In this document: positions 17,831-26,951 of the stretch, one piece after another
How the letters are laid out: every line of letters starts with the position of its first letter
Position numbering within the stretch: position 1 is the first letter of the stretch
IMG/VR virus record: IMGVR_UViG_3300027689_000001
Span: 86,001 to 150,000 of that record
Length of the DNA: 64,000 nt
Source: a virus
Lineage: Duplodnaviria > Caudoviricetes
Direction: 5' to 3' (one strand)
The notes under the pieces: generated by a model
Seen by the model: the letters and a program-made list of their open reading frames with translations, nothing else
Database searches by the model: none
Told to the model about the DNA's origin: nothing
Made by a program: the position numbers and the translations under genes

Positions 17831-18791
17831 TATTTTTTCCAAACGATAGAGTAGAAGAAGATTTCGCTTCTTTGAATTTTGGATTGATTGCCTTGAAGCG
17901 AGTCGCCTCTGGGTTAGCAGGTGATGGGTGAACAACCAATCCTTCAGTACCAGATCCAAATTTGTTCTTGATTTTCTTTTCGCCAAGATGCGCAGAAACC
18001 TTAGCACTAACACGCTTTTTGATGTTATTAAACTTTTCAATCTCAGCGAGTTTTGCTTGTTTGTTCTTAGGAACTGTTCTGGTATTGATCAACTCATGAT
18101 TGAGTTTATGGAAATCTGCTACTTCATCTTTGACATCGACATGCGATGGCGTGTGCTTAATAATATCATGATCGAATTTTATATTATCATCCGACAAATT
18201 GTTCTTAAAGTGTTCAGGATCGTGTTGCTGATTCGTCGGCATCTTAGAGTGAATGATAAATGAACCTTGCTTACCCATTCCCTTCGTGGAATAGGAAGTA
18301 TGAACAAACTTCACTTCATCTTTCTTATCTCCAGGACGAGCGAGCGAGCGATTAAATGCTTCGCCGCTGACAGCAACTTCGCCATGCTTCTCATAATGTT
18401 TTGCCAGATGATTCTGCAGTGCGCTGTTTGAGTGTAGAGCATCGTGGAACTTAGACATTGCTGTTGGACCAGTAGGATCATATTCCTTACCAGTCTCAGA
18501 TGCTCTGCGTTTTGCTCGTTCAATATGTCCTGCACCAGTTCTAATTCGATCGCTACCAGAACCTGAGTGTTGTGTGTAGAATCCATTTTCGTCATGCCCA
18601 AACTTAAACGTTTGACCATCGGTCTTTTCAGTTACATGATGGATGTGGACTTTACCGCCTTGAGTAGTTTTCTCAAACTCATGCGTAGACAGCGACGGAG
18701 TTTGTCCACCTGCAGGTGTCGGTGAGGAATGCAGGTGTGGGAGACCCTGTCGGATAGATGCTTCAGAGAGATATTGGGTAAATGATAACAT
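17817..18791 (-). CDS. His-rich RNA-ligase-like covalent nucleotidyltransferase (DUF6267-like)
   Basis: Start ATG 18791 (MLSFTQYLSE). Motif I TEKTDG, motif III SGEAF, motif IV EGLVV, motif V RFKAIN. Confidence 0.7.
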   Translation of the reverse strand: MLSFTQYLSEASIRQGLPHLHSSPTPAGGQTPSLSTHEFEKTTQGGKVHIHHVTEKTDGQTFKFGHDENGFYTQHSGSGSDRIRTGAGHIERAKRRASETGKEYDPTGPTAMSKFHDALHSNSALQNHLAKHYEKHGEVAVSGEAFNRSLARPGDKKDEVKFVHTSYSTKGMGKQGSFIIHSKMPTNQQHDPEHFKNNLSDDNIKFDHDIIKHTPSHVDVKDEVADFHKLNHELINTRTVPKNKQAKLAEIEKFNNIKKRVSAKVSAHLGEKKIKNKFGSGTEGLVVHPSPANPEATRFKAINPKFKEAKSSSTLSFGKNNEKF

Positions 18792-18816
18792 GGGATTCCT
18801 GTTCAAAGTATCTCTC

Positions 18817-18824
18817 TATTTATA
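18817..18824 (-). promoter_or_regulatory. gp55-dependent late promoter
   Basis: Exact TATAAATA upstream of the ligase-like gene. Confidence 0.8.
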
Positions 18825-18831
18825 ATAAAAA

Positions 18832-18926
18832 TGCCTACGTTACTCCGACTTTTACTATGTTTTCTCGCTAAGAGAATGTGTTTACTACGGGTACACCGTT
18901 GGTAATCGGTAGGCAATCACCGTTAG
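18832..18926 (-). ncRNA. Candidate structured small RNA
   Basis: Closing stem TGCCTAC/GTAGGCA, inner stem CGAUU/AGUCG, hairpin TTCTC-TTAGC-GAGAA; AATAAATA promoter variant upstream and a T-run downstream. Confidence 0.4.
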
Positions 18927-18932
18927 TATTTA

Positions 18933-19634
18933 TTAAAACACTTTTTTCCAAGGGAAGTTTATACGAGATGGAACTCTTTCTATTGTATTTGGATCAAATT
19001 TTCTTGTATAGAATATCATCTTCTCATCATCATATACTGGGATGGTAGCAGTATCATCAATGACCCCCTTTCTACCACCACGACGACAAGTAAGAACCAC
19101 CCAGTCAAGATTTACTTTTTCACTTATATCGGCAAGTCTGCCTAAGAATTCTCGGTCACCAAAATGAAATGGAACCCACGATTCATCATAACCCTCAGAT
19201 TCCACAAACAGTTTCTTTGAGATAACAAACTGATTGAGTGCAACATAGGGATCACCGCGACCTTTGTAGCGAGCATTAATCTCATACAATTTCAGAGGAT
19301 CAAGTTCTTCTGTTTGCAATCTGCGCAGTTCAGAGGGTTGGATTGTATAATCAATATCAAGGAACAACAACCACTCAGTATTAGCAAGCATGGCACCAAG
19401 ATTGCGGCAACCATGACTGTTGAATCCAATATCCTTGGTGACTTTATATACTGAGAGATCTATGTTGTCTGAAAATGTAACACCCCGAAAGACTTCCTCG
19501 GCGGGAACCTCTTGGGATCCATCGTCGATTAGGATAATCTTGATCGGGGTGTTGTAAACGTTCCATCTCTCGATTTGTGTCTCGAGAAGTGTTCGGTCGT
19601 TATAGTAAGTATGGATTATTGTGAATTGGTTCAT
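18933..19634 (-). CDS. GT-A fold glycosyltransferase (GT2/GT7-like)
   Basis: ILIDDGS, RNLGA, FLDID (DxD), GYDESW...GDREF. Confidence 0.85.
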   Translation of the reverse strand: MNQFTIIHTYYNDRTLLETQIERWNVYNTPIKIILIDDGSQEVPAEEVFRGVTFSDNIDLSVYKVTKDIGFNSHGCRNLGAMLANTEWLLFLDIDYTIQPSELRRLQTEELDPLKLYEINARYKGRGDPYVALNQFVISKKLFVESEGYDESWVPFHFGDREFLGRLADISEKVNLDWVVLTCRRGGRKGVIDDTATIPVYDDEKMIFYTRKFDPNTIERVPSRINFPWKKVF

Positions 19635-20002
19635 CCAACGATCTGTTGGAGTTCCGCACTTGCATCAATTTCGGTTAGATCGATGGCGGGAAATTCAACC
19701 TGCTCAGTTAGACTATACTGAAGATACTCATTATGAGTAAGATTCTGATCCAGATACAGTTGCCACCCCGAGAGAGTTTCGTGGAACTGCTTAGTATGAG
19801 TTTCGATAAGGTGGCGTTTTGATTCACATGCCTTGCCGAGTTCTTCGAGAGTTGGTTCAGCGGTGAACCGAGCAATGACATATTCCTTGGCACCAACTGT
19901 TTTCCAAAGTGGCATATCATCAGTCGCAGAGTTTGCCCAGAGGGAGGTCGTTACAACCAACTTGAGATTTAGTTCTTCATTAGTTACTTCAGTCATATTC
20001 AT
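19631..20002 (-). CDS. Hypothetical protein
   Basis: 123-aa ORF with AAGGA SD, coupled to the downstream gene. Confidence 0.65.
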   Translation of the reverse strand: MNMTEVTNEELNLKLVVTTSLWANSATDDMPLWKTVGAKEYVIARFTAEPTLEELGKACESKRHLIETHTKQFHETLSGWQLYLDQNLTHNEYLQYSLTEQVEFPAIDLTEIDASAELQQIVG

Positions 20003-20013
20003 TCCTTAAAAAA

Positions 20014-20090
20014 TGGTGATACCAGTAGGATTCGAACCTACGACCTAGAGCTTAGAAGGCTCTTGCTCTATCCAGCTGAGCTATGGCACC
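20014..20090 (-). tRNA. tRNA-Arg (anticodon UCU) with encoded CCA
   Basis: GGTGCCATAGCTCAGCTGGATAGAGCAAGAGCCTTCTAAGCTCTAGGTCGTAGGTTCGAATCCTACTGGTATCACCA folds as a full cloverleaf with a GTTCGAATC T-loop. Confidence 0.96.
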
Positions 20091-20099
20091 AATGGGTAT

Positions 20100-20381
20100 T
20101 TAGGCACGGATTTTATATTCACGAAACAAAACTGACTTCGCAAAATCTTCCTCGAAATTAGGATGACGTTCAGCGTAGGCAATTTTTCGCTCGGCGATTG
20201 GAACTTCTTTCAGAGCCTGACACTTCTCGTTACGATCATCAGAACGTTGAGCGATCAGGTTCAAAATAAAAAGATTATATTGGTGACCAACCCAAGCGCC
20301 ATTGGCATTAAATTTATTATAATTAAAAACACCCTTACCGATTTTAGCATTACCGTCATCGTAAAAAATAGCCATGTTCAA
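20100..20381 (-). CDS. Hypothetical early protein
   Basis: 93-aa ORF with AAAGGA SD downstream of an early promoter. Confidence 0.65.
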   Translation of the reverse strand: MNMAIFYDDGNAKIGKGVFNYNKFNANGAWVGHQYNLFILNLIAQRSDDRNEKCQALKEVPIAERKIAYAERHPNFEEDFAKSVLFREYKIRA

Positions 20382-20401
20382 TTTCCTTTCATTGAGTATT
20401 A

Positions 20402-20430
20402 CTTATACCGCACTTGAAAGGAAAAGTCAA
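20402..20430 (-). promoter_or_regulatory. Early sigma70-type promoter
   Basis: TTGACT-17 nt-TATAAG. Confidence 0.8.
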
Positions 20431-20437
20431 GTGTTTT

Positions 20438-21010
20438 TTATCGAACATCTACCTTTTCTGGAAAGTCAAACCAACCAGTAGCGATATACTTATTTCCGAC
20501 AAGATCACGTGCTGCGCGATGAGAATGAGTATATGCTGCTGGCCAAATAAGCAAAGTTCCTGCCTCTGGTTTAATTGCTAGGTCTTGGTATTTAAACTCG
20601 GTCTTGCCACCTTCATCCACAGTGTTTAGATATAACATCCAGACACCAAACCTACCTCTGTGTTTCCCAGAACCCTGTTCAGAATGCCATACATGAAACC
20701 CTCCACCAGTTTCTGATTTCTGAAATTTCCATCCAGGATTGAAGACTTCTAAGAATGCTCGACCAGCAGCGCCATACTGCTTGTTGTACTGTCTCCAACC
20801 AGCATGGACTGCATCAATAACAGAATCTTCGGATGATTTCAAAGAACCATATCTACCAGTAAAGATGTTCCAGTCTGTTCTGGATGCATCATCTGATAAA
20901 ATGCAGGAATCACCTGGATCTGGACGAAAGATGATATCGTCCATTCTGTCACAGACTTGCTGACACTTTTCGATGCTTAGAGCATTAGGGTATGATTCGA
21001 TAAAATTCAT
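20438..21010 (-). CDS. 2OG-Fe(II) oxygenase (prolyl-hydroxylase-like)
   Basis: GGFHVWHSE (HxE), WMLYLN, GGKTEF, WPAAYTHSHRA, KYIATGW. Confidence 0.9.
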   Translation of the reverse strand: MNFIESYPNALSIEKCQQVCDRMDDIIFRPDPGDSCILSDDASRTDWNIFTGRYGSLKSSEDSVIDAVHAGWRQYNKQYGAAGRAFLEVFNPGWKFQKSETGGGFHVWHSEQGSGKHRGRFGVWMLYLNTVDEGGKTEFKYQDLAIKPEAGTLLIWPAAYTHSHRAARDLVGNKYIATGWFDFPEKVDVR

Positions 21011-22401
21011 TAGAAGTTAAACTTTGACATGTCTCGTTGACGTTGACCGATTGTGGTTTTCTCGAACACTGGTAGATCGTCTTGACCTGAATCCATAATT
21101 CCCTTTTGGGCAGATTCTTCTAAATCATACAGACGCATCTTACCACGATCGATACCAACCATGAACCTCTTATTTAGTCCTGGATCATTGTAGCGATTTT
21201 TCAACTGCTTGACCATTAGTTGCCCCATTTTCTCGAGTTCTTCAGTAGAGATGAGAGCAAACATCAAGTCGGCAGTTGCTGGCAGACCGAAAGACTCAGA
21301 AGTATCAGTAATATCGACATCACTGTTAGCATAACCACCACGAGTTGTTTGAGTGGCAGACATAATAGGAAGATCAAACTCGACCGCAAACCCACGAAGT
21401 TCTTCAGCAATCGCTTTCACATATGTGTATGAGTTTACACCTGCTCCTGGCTTGAACCTACTCGACGCACAGATGTTAAGATAATCGACGAACACAATAT
21501 CTGGAGCAAAGTTGCGCTTCAACATCAACTCATTTAGTAGTGCCTTGAAATGTCCAACGTGCGCACTGGCAGTGGGATATTCCTTAACAATCAACTTACC
21601 CTCAGTTTTATTTCGAATTTTCTCGATACGATTGTCGAACATAGACTTAGAAAGATCCTTCAACTCACCAATGTTTACATTCATCATGTTTGCATCGATA
21701 CGTTCAGCAATCTTTTCTTCACTCATTTCTAGAGTGATATAAAGAACATTCTTACCCTGTGCCAATGCTCCTGCTGCCATATGACACATAAACAAAGACT
21801 TACCAACACCAGTACCAGCGAGTGCGATATTCAGAGTCTTATTGGGAAGTCCACCATCAGTAATCTTATTAAACATTTCAAGATCGAATGGCAGTTTATT
21901 TTCTTTGCGATGATAGAATTCGAATCGAGCATCAGAATTGAGAAGATAATCGTGACCAACGTTATTATCGAAACAAATCCCGAGTGCTTCCTGTAGAATG
22001 GAAGGGATACCATCCTGAGAATGCTCTTTGTCTCCGCCATCAATAATCTGAATAGACTTCATGATTGCATTATAGACTGCTTTGTCCTTACAGAACTTCT
22101 CAGTTTCCTCGAGCAACCAACTAGAATTAACTTCAAGATCTGAATCCATTTGAGTCAATTTCTCGTTTAGATTCTTAAACTCATTTTCATTTACAGTAGT
22201 ATCATTTTGTGCGGCAATCTCAATCGCCTCAATAGTTGGGAGAGAATTATACTTGACAATGAACGCATTCATGTAGTTGAACAGTTTACGTTCAGAACTA
22301 TCATGGAAATATTCATCACGCAAGAAAGGAATAATCTTGCGAGTATAATCTTCGTCCGAGAACATTTTACTTAGAATTATTGTCTCAATCTTCTTCAACA
22401 A
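21010..22401 (-). CDS. gp41: Replicative DNA helicase (TTG start)
   Basis: Walker A AGTGVGKS, YITLEMSEE, VDYLNIC, SATQTTR, SESFGLPATAD, QLKNRY. Confidence 0.97.
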   Translation of the reverse strand: MLKKIETIILSKMFSDEDYTRKIIPFLRDEYFHDSSERKLFNYMNAFIVKYNSLPTIEAIEIAAQNDTTVNENEFKNLNEKLTQMDSDLEVNSSWLLEETEKFCKDKAVYNAIMKSIQIIDGGDKEHSQDGIPSILQEALGICFDNNVGHDYLLNSDARFEFYHRKENKLPFDLEMFNKITDGGLPNKTLNIALAGTGVGKSLFMCHMAAGALAQGKNVLYITLEMSEEKIAERIDANMMNVNIGELKDLSKSMFDNRIEKIRNKTEGKLIVKEYPTASAHVGHFKALLNELMLKRNFAPDIVFVDYLNICASSRFKPGAGVNSYTYVKAIAEELRGFAVEFDLPIMSATQTTRGGYANSDVDITDTSESFGLPATADLMFALISTEELEKMGQLMVKQLKNRYNDPGLNKRFMVGIDRGKMRLYDLEESAQKGIMDSGQDDLPVFEKTTIGQRQRDMSKFNF

Positions 22402-22606
22402 TGTTTATATCCTCAAAATCAGGGTCATATTCAGCGCAAATCTTTTCACAGCATGGTTCACAAACGTATGTCTCGAAAGGAATACCATTTTCTTCACCAT
22501 GCAAACAGAGTGCGGGATCGTTTTTTATATCGATCCCGCATCCACAAGAGTTACAGGTTTTCGTAGTCTTCCGAAATATCTTCGTCAGAAATGTCCACAT
22601 TTTCAT
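22385..22606 (-). CDS. Small Cys-rich putative zinc-binding protein
   Basis: CNSCGC...C...CEPCCEKIC with an acidic tail; overlaps the uvsX stop and the gp41 start. Confidence 0.55.
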   Translation of the reverse strand: MKMWTFLTKIFRKTTKTCNSCGCGIDIKNDPALCLHGEENGIPFETYVCEPCCEKICAEYDPDFEDINIVEED

Positions 22607-23615
22607 TCTCCATCATTTGTCCACCTGCCATACGATAGCGACCTTCAATCCAATCAGCGAATGTCTTATCAGTAAGGACTGGCAACCAGAATTCCTTGTT
22701 ATATGTATCATTCAGGCGATACTTCTTTTCTTCATCAACTCGCTGATACCAACCATTACTAGGTTTAACCACGTGACCAGACTCAAGCGCCATGTCAAGT
22801 AGACCAGACCACTTACTGATACCACCTTCAAAGGTAACTTCAATTGGGATCTTTGACTTCTCACGAACGTAACGAGACTTCTCAACGTTGATGATAAAGT
22901 TGTAACCAACAACCTCAGTTCCAGTCTTTTCCTGCTGACGACCGATGATGAAGATGTTATCAGCGGAGTAGTAGATGCCCGTACCACCAGAGACGATTGC
23001 CTTGGGGAACATACCAATTTCCATATAAGTGTGATTGACCACGACCATAGGAATATCCTTGATGGTAAGATGTGGAGTAATCATACGGAACAGCGACTTC
23101 ATCTGCTTAGCACGAGTCATATCTGCAACCGACTTACCATCTAGGGCATCATCAACTTCTTTCTTAGAAGCAAGGTTACCAACCGAGTCAACAACAATCA
23201 TGACACGATCCTTGCGTTCAAGTTCATTGACTTGCTTCATGATATCATGCTTCAACTGCTCAATGTCAGTAATAGGAGTATGAATAACCTTGTTGGTATC
23301 AATACCAAAGTTCTCAAAGTAGGACTGCGGAGCACCAAACTCCGAGTCATAAAACAAGACAACACCATCGTCATACTTATCCAAGAAACTCTTGACTAGC
23401 ATCATCGCGAATGCAGTCTTAAAGTGCTTCGATGGACCAGCGAAGATGGTCAATCCTGGCGTTAGACCACCGTCCAACTTACCCGAAAGCGCAACGTTCA
23501 GCGCAGGAACTGCAGTCTGAATTAGATCCTTCGTACTAAACAACTTACTCTCAGAGAGAACATTAGTCTCTTTGATAGTGCTGTTCTTTTTAATTCTATC
23601 AATCAAATCGCTCAT
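22551..23615 (-). CDS. uvsX: RecA-like recombinase
   Basis: AGPSKHFKT, YDSEFG, VDSVGNLASKKE, DMTRAK, VSGGTG; start ATG 23615. Confidence 0.97.
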   Translation of the reverse strand: MSDLIDRIKKNSTIKETNVLSESKLFSTKDLIQTAVPALNVALSGKLDGGLTPGLTIFAGPSKHFKTAFAMMLVKSFLDKYDDGVVLFYDSEFGAPQSYFENFGIDTNKVIHTPITDIEQLKHDIMKQVNELERKDRVMIVVDSVGNLASKKEVDDALDGKSVADMTRAKQMKSLFRMITPHLTIKDIPMVVVNHTYMEIGMFPKAIVSGGTGIYYSADNIFIIGRQQEKTGTEVVGYNFIINVEKSRYVREKSKIPIEVTFEGGISKWSGLLDMALESGHVVKPSNGWYQRVDEEKKYRLNDTYNKEFWLPVLTDKTFADWIEGRYRMAGGQMMENENVDISDEDISEDYENL

Positions 23616-26140
23616 GTAAATAAATCCTCCAGTGATGCGGTTACTTCGGTCTTCCAACCAAGACCTTCGATAATTTGTTTAATTGGTTCCAAGAAACTCT
23701 TCTCGAACATTGTATTATAATCTATATACCTATCTAAGTCAAGCTCTTTTGGAATCTTTCCAATAAAAGCAATGCAATTTTCTCGAATATGATTCGGTTC
23801 TTTCAAGTAGAGAAACTTAATCTTTTCTCCCTCTTGAATGAGTTCATATTTCTTATCTAGTTTATTCTTACGCAAAAGGTGGTTATACATTAACGCACCT
23901 CGAACATGCATAGGTGTTCCCTTGGCATAAATGTCTGCACCAGAAGTATACTTCATAAGACCATTCACACCACGAGGAAATGCAATTTGTTCTGGTTCAA
24001 ACTTATTGAACAACATGCGAGTGTGCGCAATAAAACCCTGAAGAGTTTTCTCGTCGGTGGTCAGTGCTAGTCTTACTGCTTCTTTGAGACTTTCACGAAC
24101 AGGTGCTGGAGTCGAGGAACGAACGATTTCGAGACCCATGACTTTGAGTTTTGGATCTTTGTATCGGACGCCTTCGTTATCGTATACATTGAGTGCATAC
24201 CTTTTCTTCGCAACCCAGAGACCACGTTCTGCGATTGCCTCGCGTTTGAATATAATTTTCTTTTGAAATGCGTTCGTGTAGTCCGCAAGTTGATCGCAAC
24301 TTTGGTTGATTGCCTCTGTGATTTTCTCTTCGCAGATTTTATCGAGAACGTCAATGAGTTTATCGCGTGATAGATTGCCATAATACTTACGAACAAGAGG
24401 GTCCAAGGAAATATAACAAGAATCAGTATCACTGTAGAAAGAGTAGTTGTGTCCATTTGTTCCTACGACCTTATTGAGATAAACATCAAGTGCTGTGCCG
24501 ACTTTCTGAATGATATACTGACCAGTCATAGTGATACCCTCGGCAATACGAGCATCATAGTATCGGAAATATTCATTTGCCAACGCACCGAACAGTGAGT
24601 TCAACTGAATCTTTCTTGCCATCTGAAAGTTATTATACTTTGAGATGTCATTCTTAAGTCGAGAATCTTTAGTGATTTCATATTCTTTTTCGGCAGCAAT
24701 CATCAGTTTCTTATAACGCTGTCGGTCATCGAAGAACTTCTGAACAATCTCGGGAAACTTACCCTGCTTTTCTCGAATATAACAATAACCATTTGCAGTC
24801 ATGGTGCAATCGTTAGTCTGTAGATCACCAAGATCATACTTACCCTCTAACAATCCGTTGACTGTCGTGTCTTTCACATGACCCTCGACGAATGTTTCGG
24901 GCGACTGATTATACTGCATAATGATTGACGGATACAACGAGGTCGCATCGAATGAAACAACCCAGTCGTACTGTCCAGGTTTTGGTTCCTGAACAAACGC
25001 ACCTTCAATCTGTCGACCGCGACTCTCTTTCTTCTGAGGGATCTGGATATTCTGATTGTGAAGGTGATTATAGATGATACAATCCCAAGTGCGAACCTGA
25101 GAGAATACATCATTGAAGTTGCACTTAGCATCGTATGCCATCGTCAAAATCAATTCAACCAACTTCATCTTGTGCTCGAGAGCATCAACGATCTCAACAT
25201 CTCGAATGTTATACTCTACGAACTTCTGCCAGTCCTTGGTGTAGAATTCTCGGAAAGAGTCATATGGATTTTCCATCTTCTTAAGACCAAGTTCCACCTC
25301 ACCAATGTAATCAAGTTTATAACTTTCCCGACGAACATAGGTAAACTTCTTATAGAGATCGATGTAATCAATGATAGCGACACCAGTGATGTCATACGAG
25401 ACATGCTCACGACCCATGATTGTTACGTTCTTGCGACGCACAAGTCCCCATGGAGAGAACTTCTTCTTCATGGTTGTATCATCCTCAGAGCAGAACAACC
25501 GTTCAACTCGAGAGATTAGATATGCAATATCGAAAAGGTCGCAGTTCCAACCTGTAATAATGTCAGGATAATTCTCAGTGTAGAAACGAACGAACGTCTG
25601 TAGAAGATCTCGCTCATTATCGCAGTTGACATACAAGAACTTGTTGCCTTGGGCACGAAGATTCTCGACTTCCTCGCACTTATCATTAAACTCGCCACAA
25701 CCGAATGTGATAATCTGACGAGTGATAAGATTCTTAACAGTGATCAGGAGAACTTCTTCGATCGGATTTTGAACATTAGGAAACCCGTGCTCTGAAGAAG
25801 TTTCAATATCGATAGTCTGAATGTTTAACTGAGTAATATCCCACTGGATTTCTCCAGGATATGTATGGGTAATATATTGATACCCATAATTAGTTTGACC
25901 ATAGATCGGGAAGTTCTCTACTTGACCATATGTCTGGACAAATTCTTTTGCTTCATTGTTATTGGCAAATTCTACAGGTTGTAAGTCCTCTCCGTATAGA
26001 GACTTAAACTTACTGGGTTCTTTTGACTTCACATATAAAGTCGGGGAGAACTCTGCCCTCGTAGTAAAACGCACACCATTATGTACTCCACGGACTAAAA
26101 CCTTGGAACCATACTGGTGTGCGCATGTATAAAATTTCAT
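23612..26140 (-). CDS. gp43: Family B DNA polymerase
   Basis: Exonuclease DIET and YNIRD; polymerase SFDATSLYPSII, KIQLNSLFG, YSDTDS, KKRYAL; uninterrupted. Confidence 0.98.
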   Translation of the reverse strand: MKFYTCAHQYGSKVLVRGVHNGVRFTTRAEFSPTLYVKSKEPSKFKSLYGEDLQPVEFANNNEAKEFVQTYGQVENFPIYGQTNYGYQYITHTYPGEIQWDITQLNIQTIDIETSSEHGFPNVQNPIEEVLLITVKNLITRQIITFGCGEFNDKCEEVENLRAQGNKFLYVNCDNERDLLQTFVRFYTENYPDIITGWNCDLFDIAYLISRVERLFCSEDDTTMKKKFSPWGLVRRKNVTIMGREHVSYDITGVAIIDYIDLYKKFTYVRRESYKLDYIGEVELGLKKMENPYDSFREFYTKDWQKFVEYNIRDVEIVDALEHKMKLVELILTMAYDAKCNFNDVFSQVRTWDCIIYNHLHNQNIQIPQKKESRGRQIEGAFVQEPKPGQYDWVVSFDATSLYPSIIMQYNQSPETFVEGHVKDTTVNGLLEGKYDLGDLQTNDCTMTANGYCYIREKQGKFPEIVQKFFDDRQRYKKLMIAAEKEYEITKDSRLKNDISKYNNFQMARKIQLNSLFGALANEYFRYYDARIAEGITMTGQYIIQKVGTALDVYLNKVVGTNGHNYSFYSDTDSCYISLDPLVRKYYGNLSRDKLIDVLDKICEEKITEAINQSCDQLADYTNAFQKKIIFKREAIAERGLWVAKKRYALNVYDNEGVRYKDPKLKVMGLEIVRSSTPAPVRESLKEAVRLALTTDEKTLQGFIAHTRMLFNKFEPEQIAFPRGVNGLMKYTSGADIYAKGTPMHVRGALMYNHLLRKNKLDKKYELIQEGEKIKFLYLKEPNHIRENCIAFIGKIPKELDLDRYIDYNTMFEKSFLEPIKQIIEGLGWKTEVTASLEDLFT

Positions 26141-26164
26141 GTAAATCCCTCATTATCAAATACT

Positions 26165-26193
26165 ACTATACTATAAAACATAACAAAAGTAAA
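26165..26193 (-). promoter_or_regulatory. Early sigma70-type promoter for gp43
   Basis: TTTACT-17 nt-TATAGT. Confidence 0.75.
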
Positions 26194-26200
26194 GGGATTA

Positions 26201-26620
26201 TTATTTCTTTCTTCTTGATAATAGTAATTCTAAATCCATATCCTTTGTACCCCCATCATACGCAAGAGCATATCCCTCATCAATCATCTGGTTATTCAAT
26301 GAAGTCTCTTGACCGTTGATGAATAGATGACCAATGATACGACCATATTTCTCTGTACTATCTGGTAACTCAGTTTTGATCAGAATATCTTTAGCATTTG
26401 CAAGAGTTTTCTTCATCCACTCTTTAGACTCAAGTCCCAATGCTTTTTCTTTGAGATTTGTTGTTCGACTTTCTGGAGTATCAATACCTGCAAGACGAAT
26501 TCTTTTAGTAAGGGAAATATCAAAACCAAGGTCGATATCAGCGTCAATAGTGTCGCCATCTACAACTTTGGTAACTGATTTAATACGGTAAATATACGGG
26601 TCTATGTTTGATTGTGTCAT
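26201..26620 (-). CDS. Thermonuclease (SNase-like)
   Basis: VVDGDTID, RIRLAGIDTPES, KYGRIIG, GYALAYDGG. Confidence 0.92.
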   Translation of the reverse strand: MTQSNIDPYIYRIKSVTKVVDGDTIDADIDLGFDISLTKRIRLAGIDTPESRTTNLKEKALGLESKEWMKKTLANAKDILIKTELPDSTEKYGRIIGHLFINGQETSLNNQMIDEGYALAYDGGTKDMDLELLLSRRKK

Positions 26621-26922
26621 ACAATAAGTTTACTTTCTGGAATTACCAGACCCGAACCATACCGAGAATTATACTCATTGAGCATGCCCACTTCTGGGTC
26701 GAAAATTGAAACAATTGCGCCACCACGGATCGGGACAATACTGTCCTTAGCATATGCGCAGAATGGAGCAAGTCCAATGCCAAACTGGTTATTTTGACCT
26801 TGGGGAACCATCATAATTAACAGGGGTTTACTGAGAACAACAAGGTTTCCATCATCAAACTCAGAAACATCTGCAATGATTTCATCCCCACTGATCAACT
26901 TAACACACTTGACATTGGACAT
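26617..26922 (-). CDS. Conserved T4-like hypothetical protein (Sm-like fold candidate)
   Basis: VKLISGDEIIA...P...LAPF...Y...GSGLVIP; usual neighbour of hsp20 and gp43. Confidence 0.75.
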   Translation of the reverse strand: MSNVKCVKLISGDEIIADVSEFDDGNLVVLSKPLLIMMVPQGQNNQFGIGLAPFCAYAKDSIVPIRGGAIVSIFDPEVGMLNEYNSRYGSGLVIPESKLIV

Positions 26923-26951
26923 ACTTTATACCTTCATTATTTAAATTAAGA

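Noticed and set aside
17810-18040. Programmed frameshift fusing the ligase-like gene to the NTase gene at A-AAA-AAT
   Set aside because: A -1 slip meets TAA immediately. The downstream gene is in the +1 frame and has its own ATG with a targeting motif.
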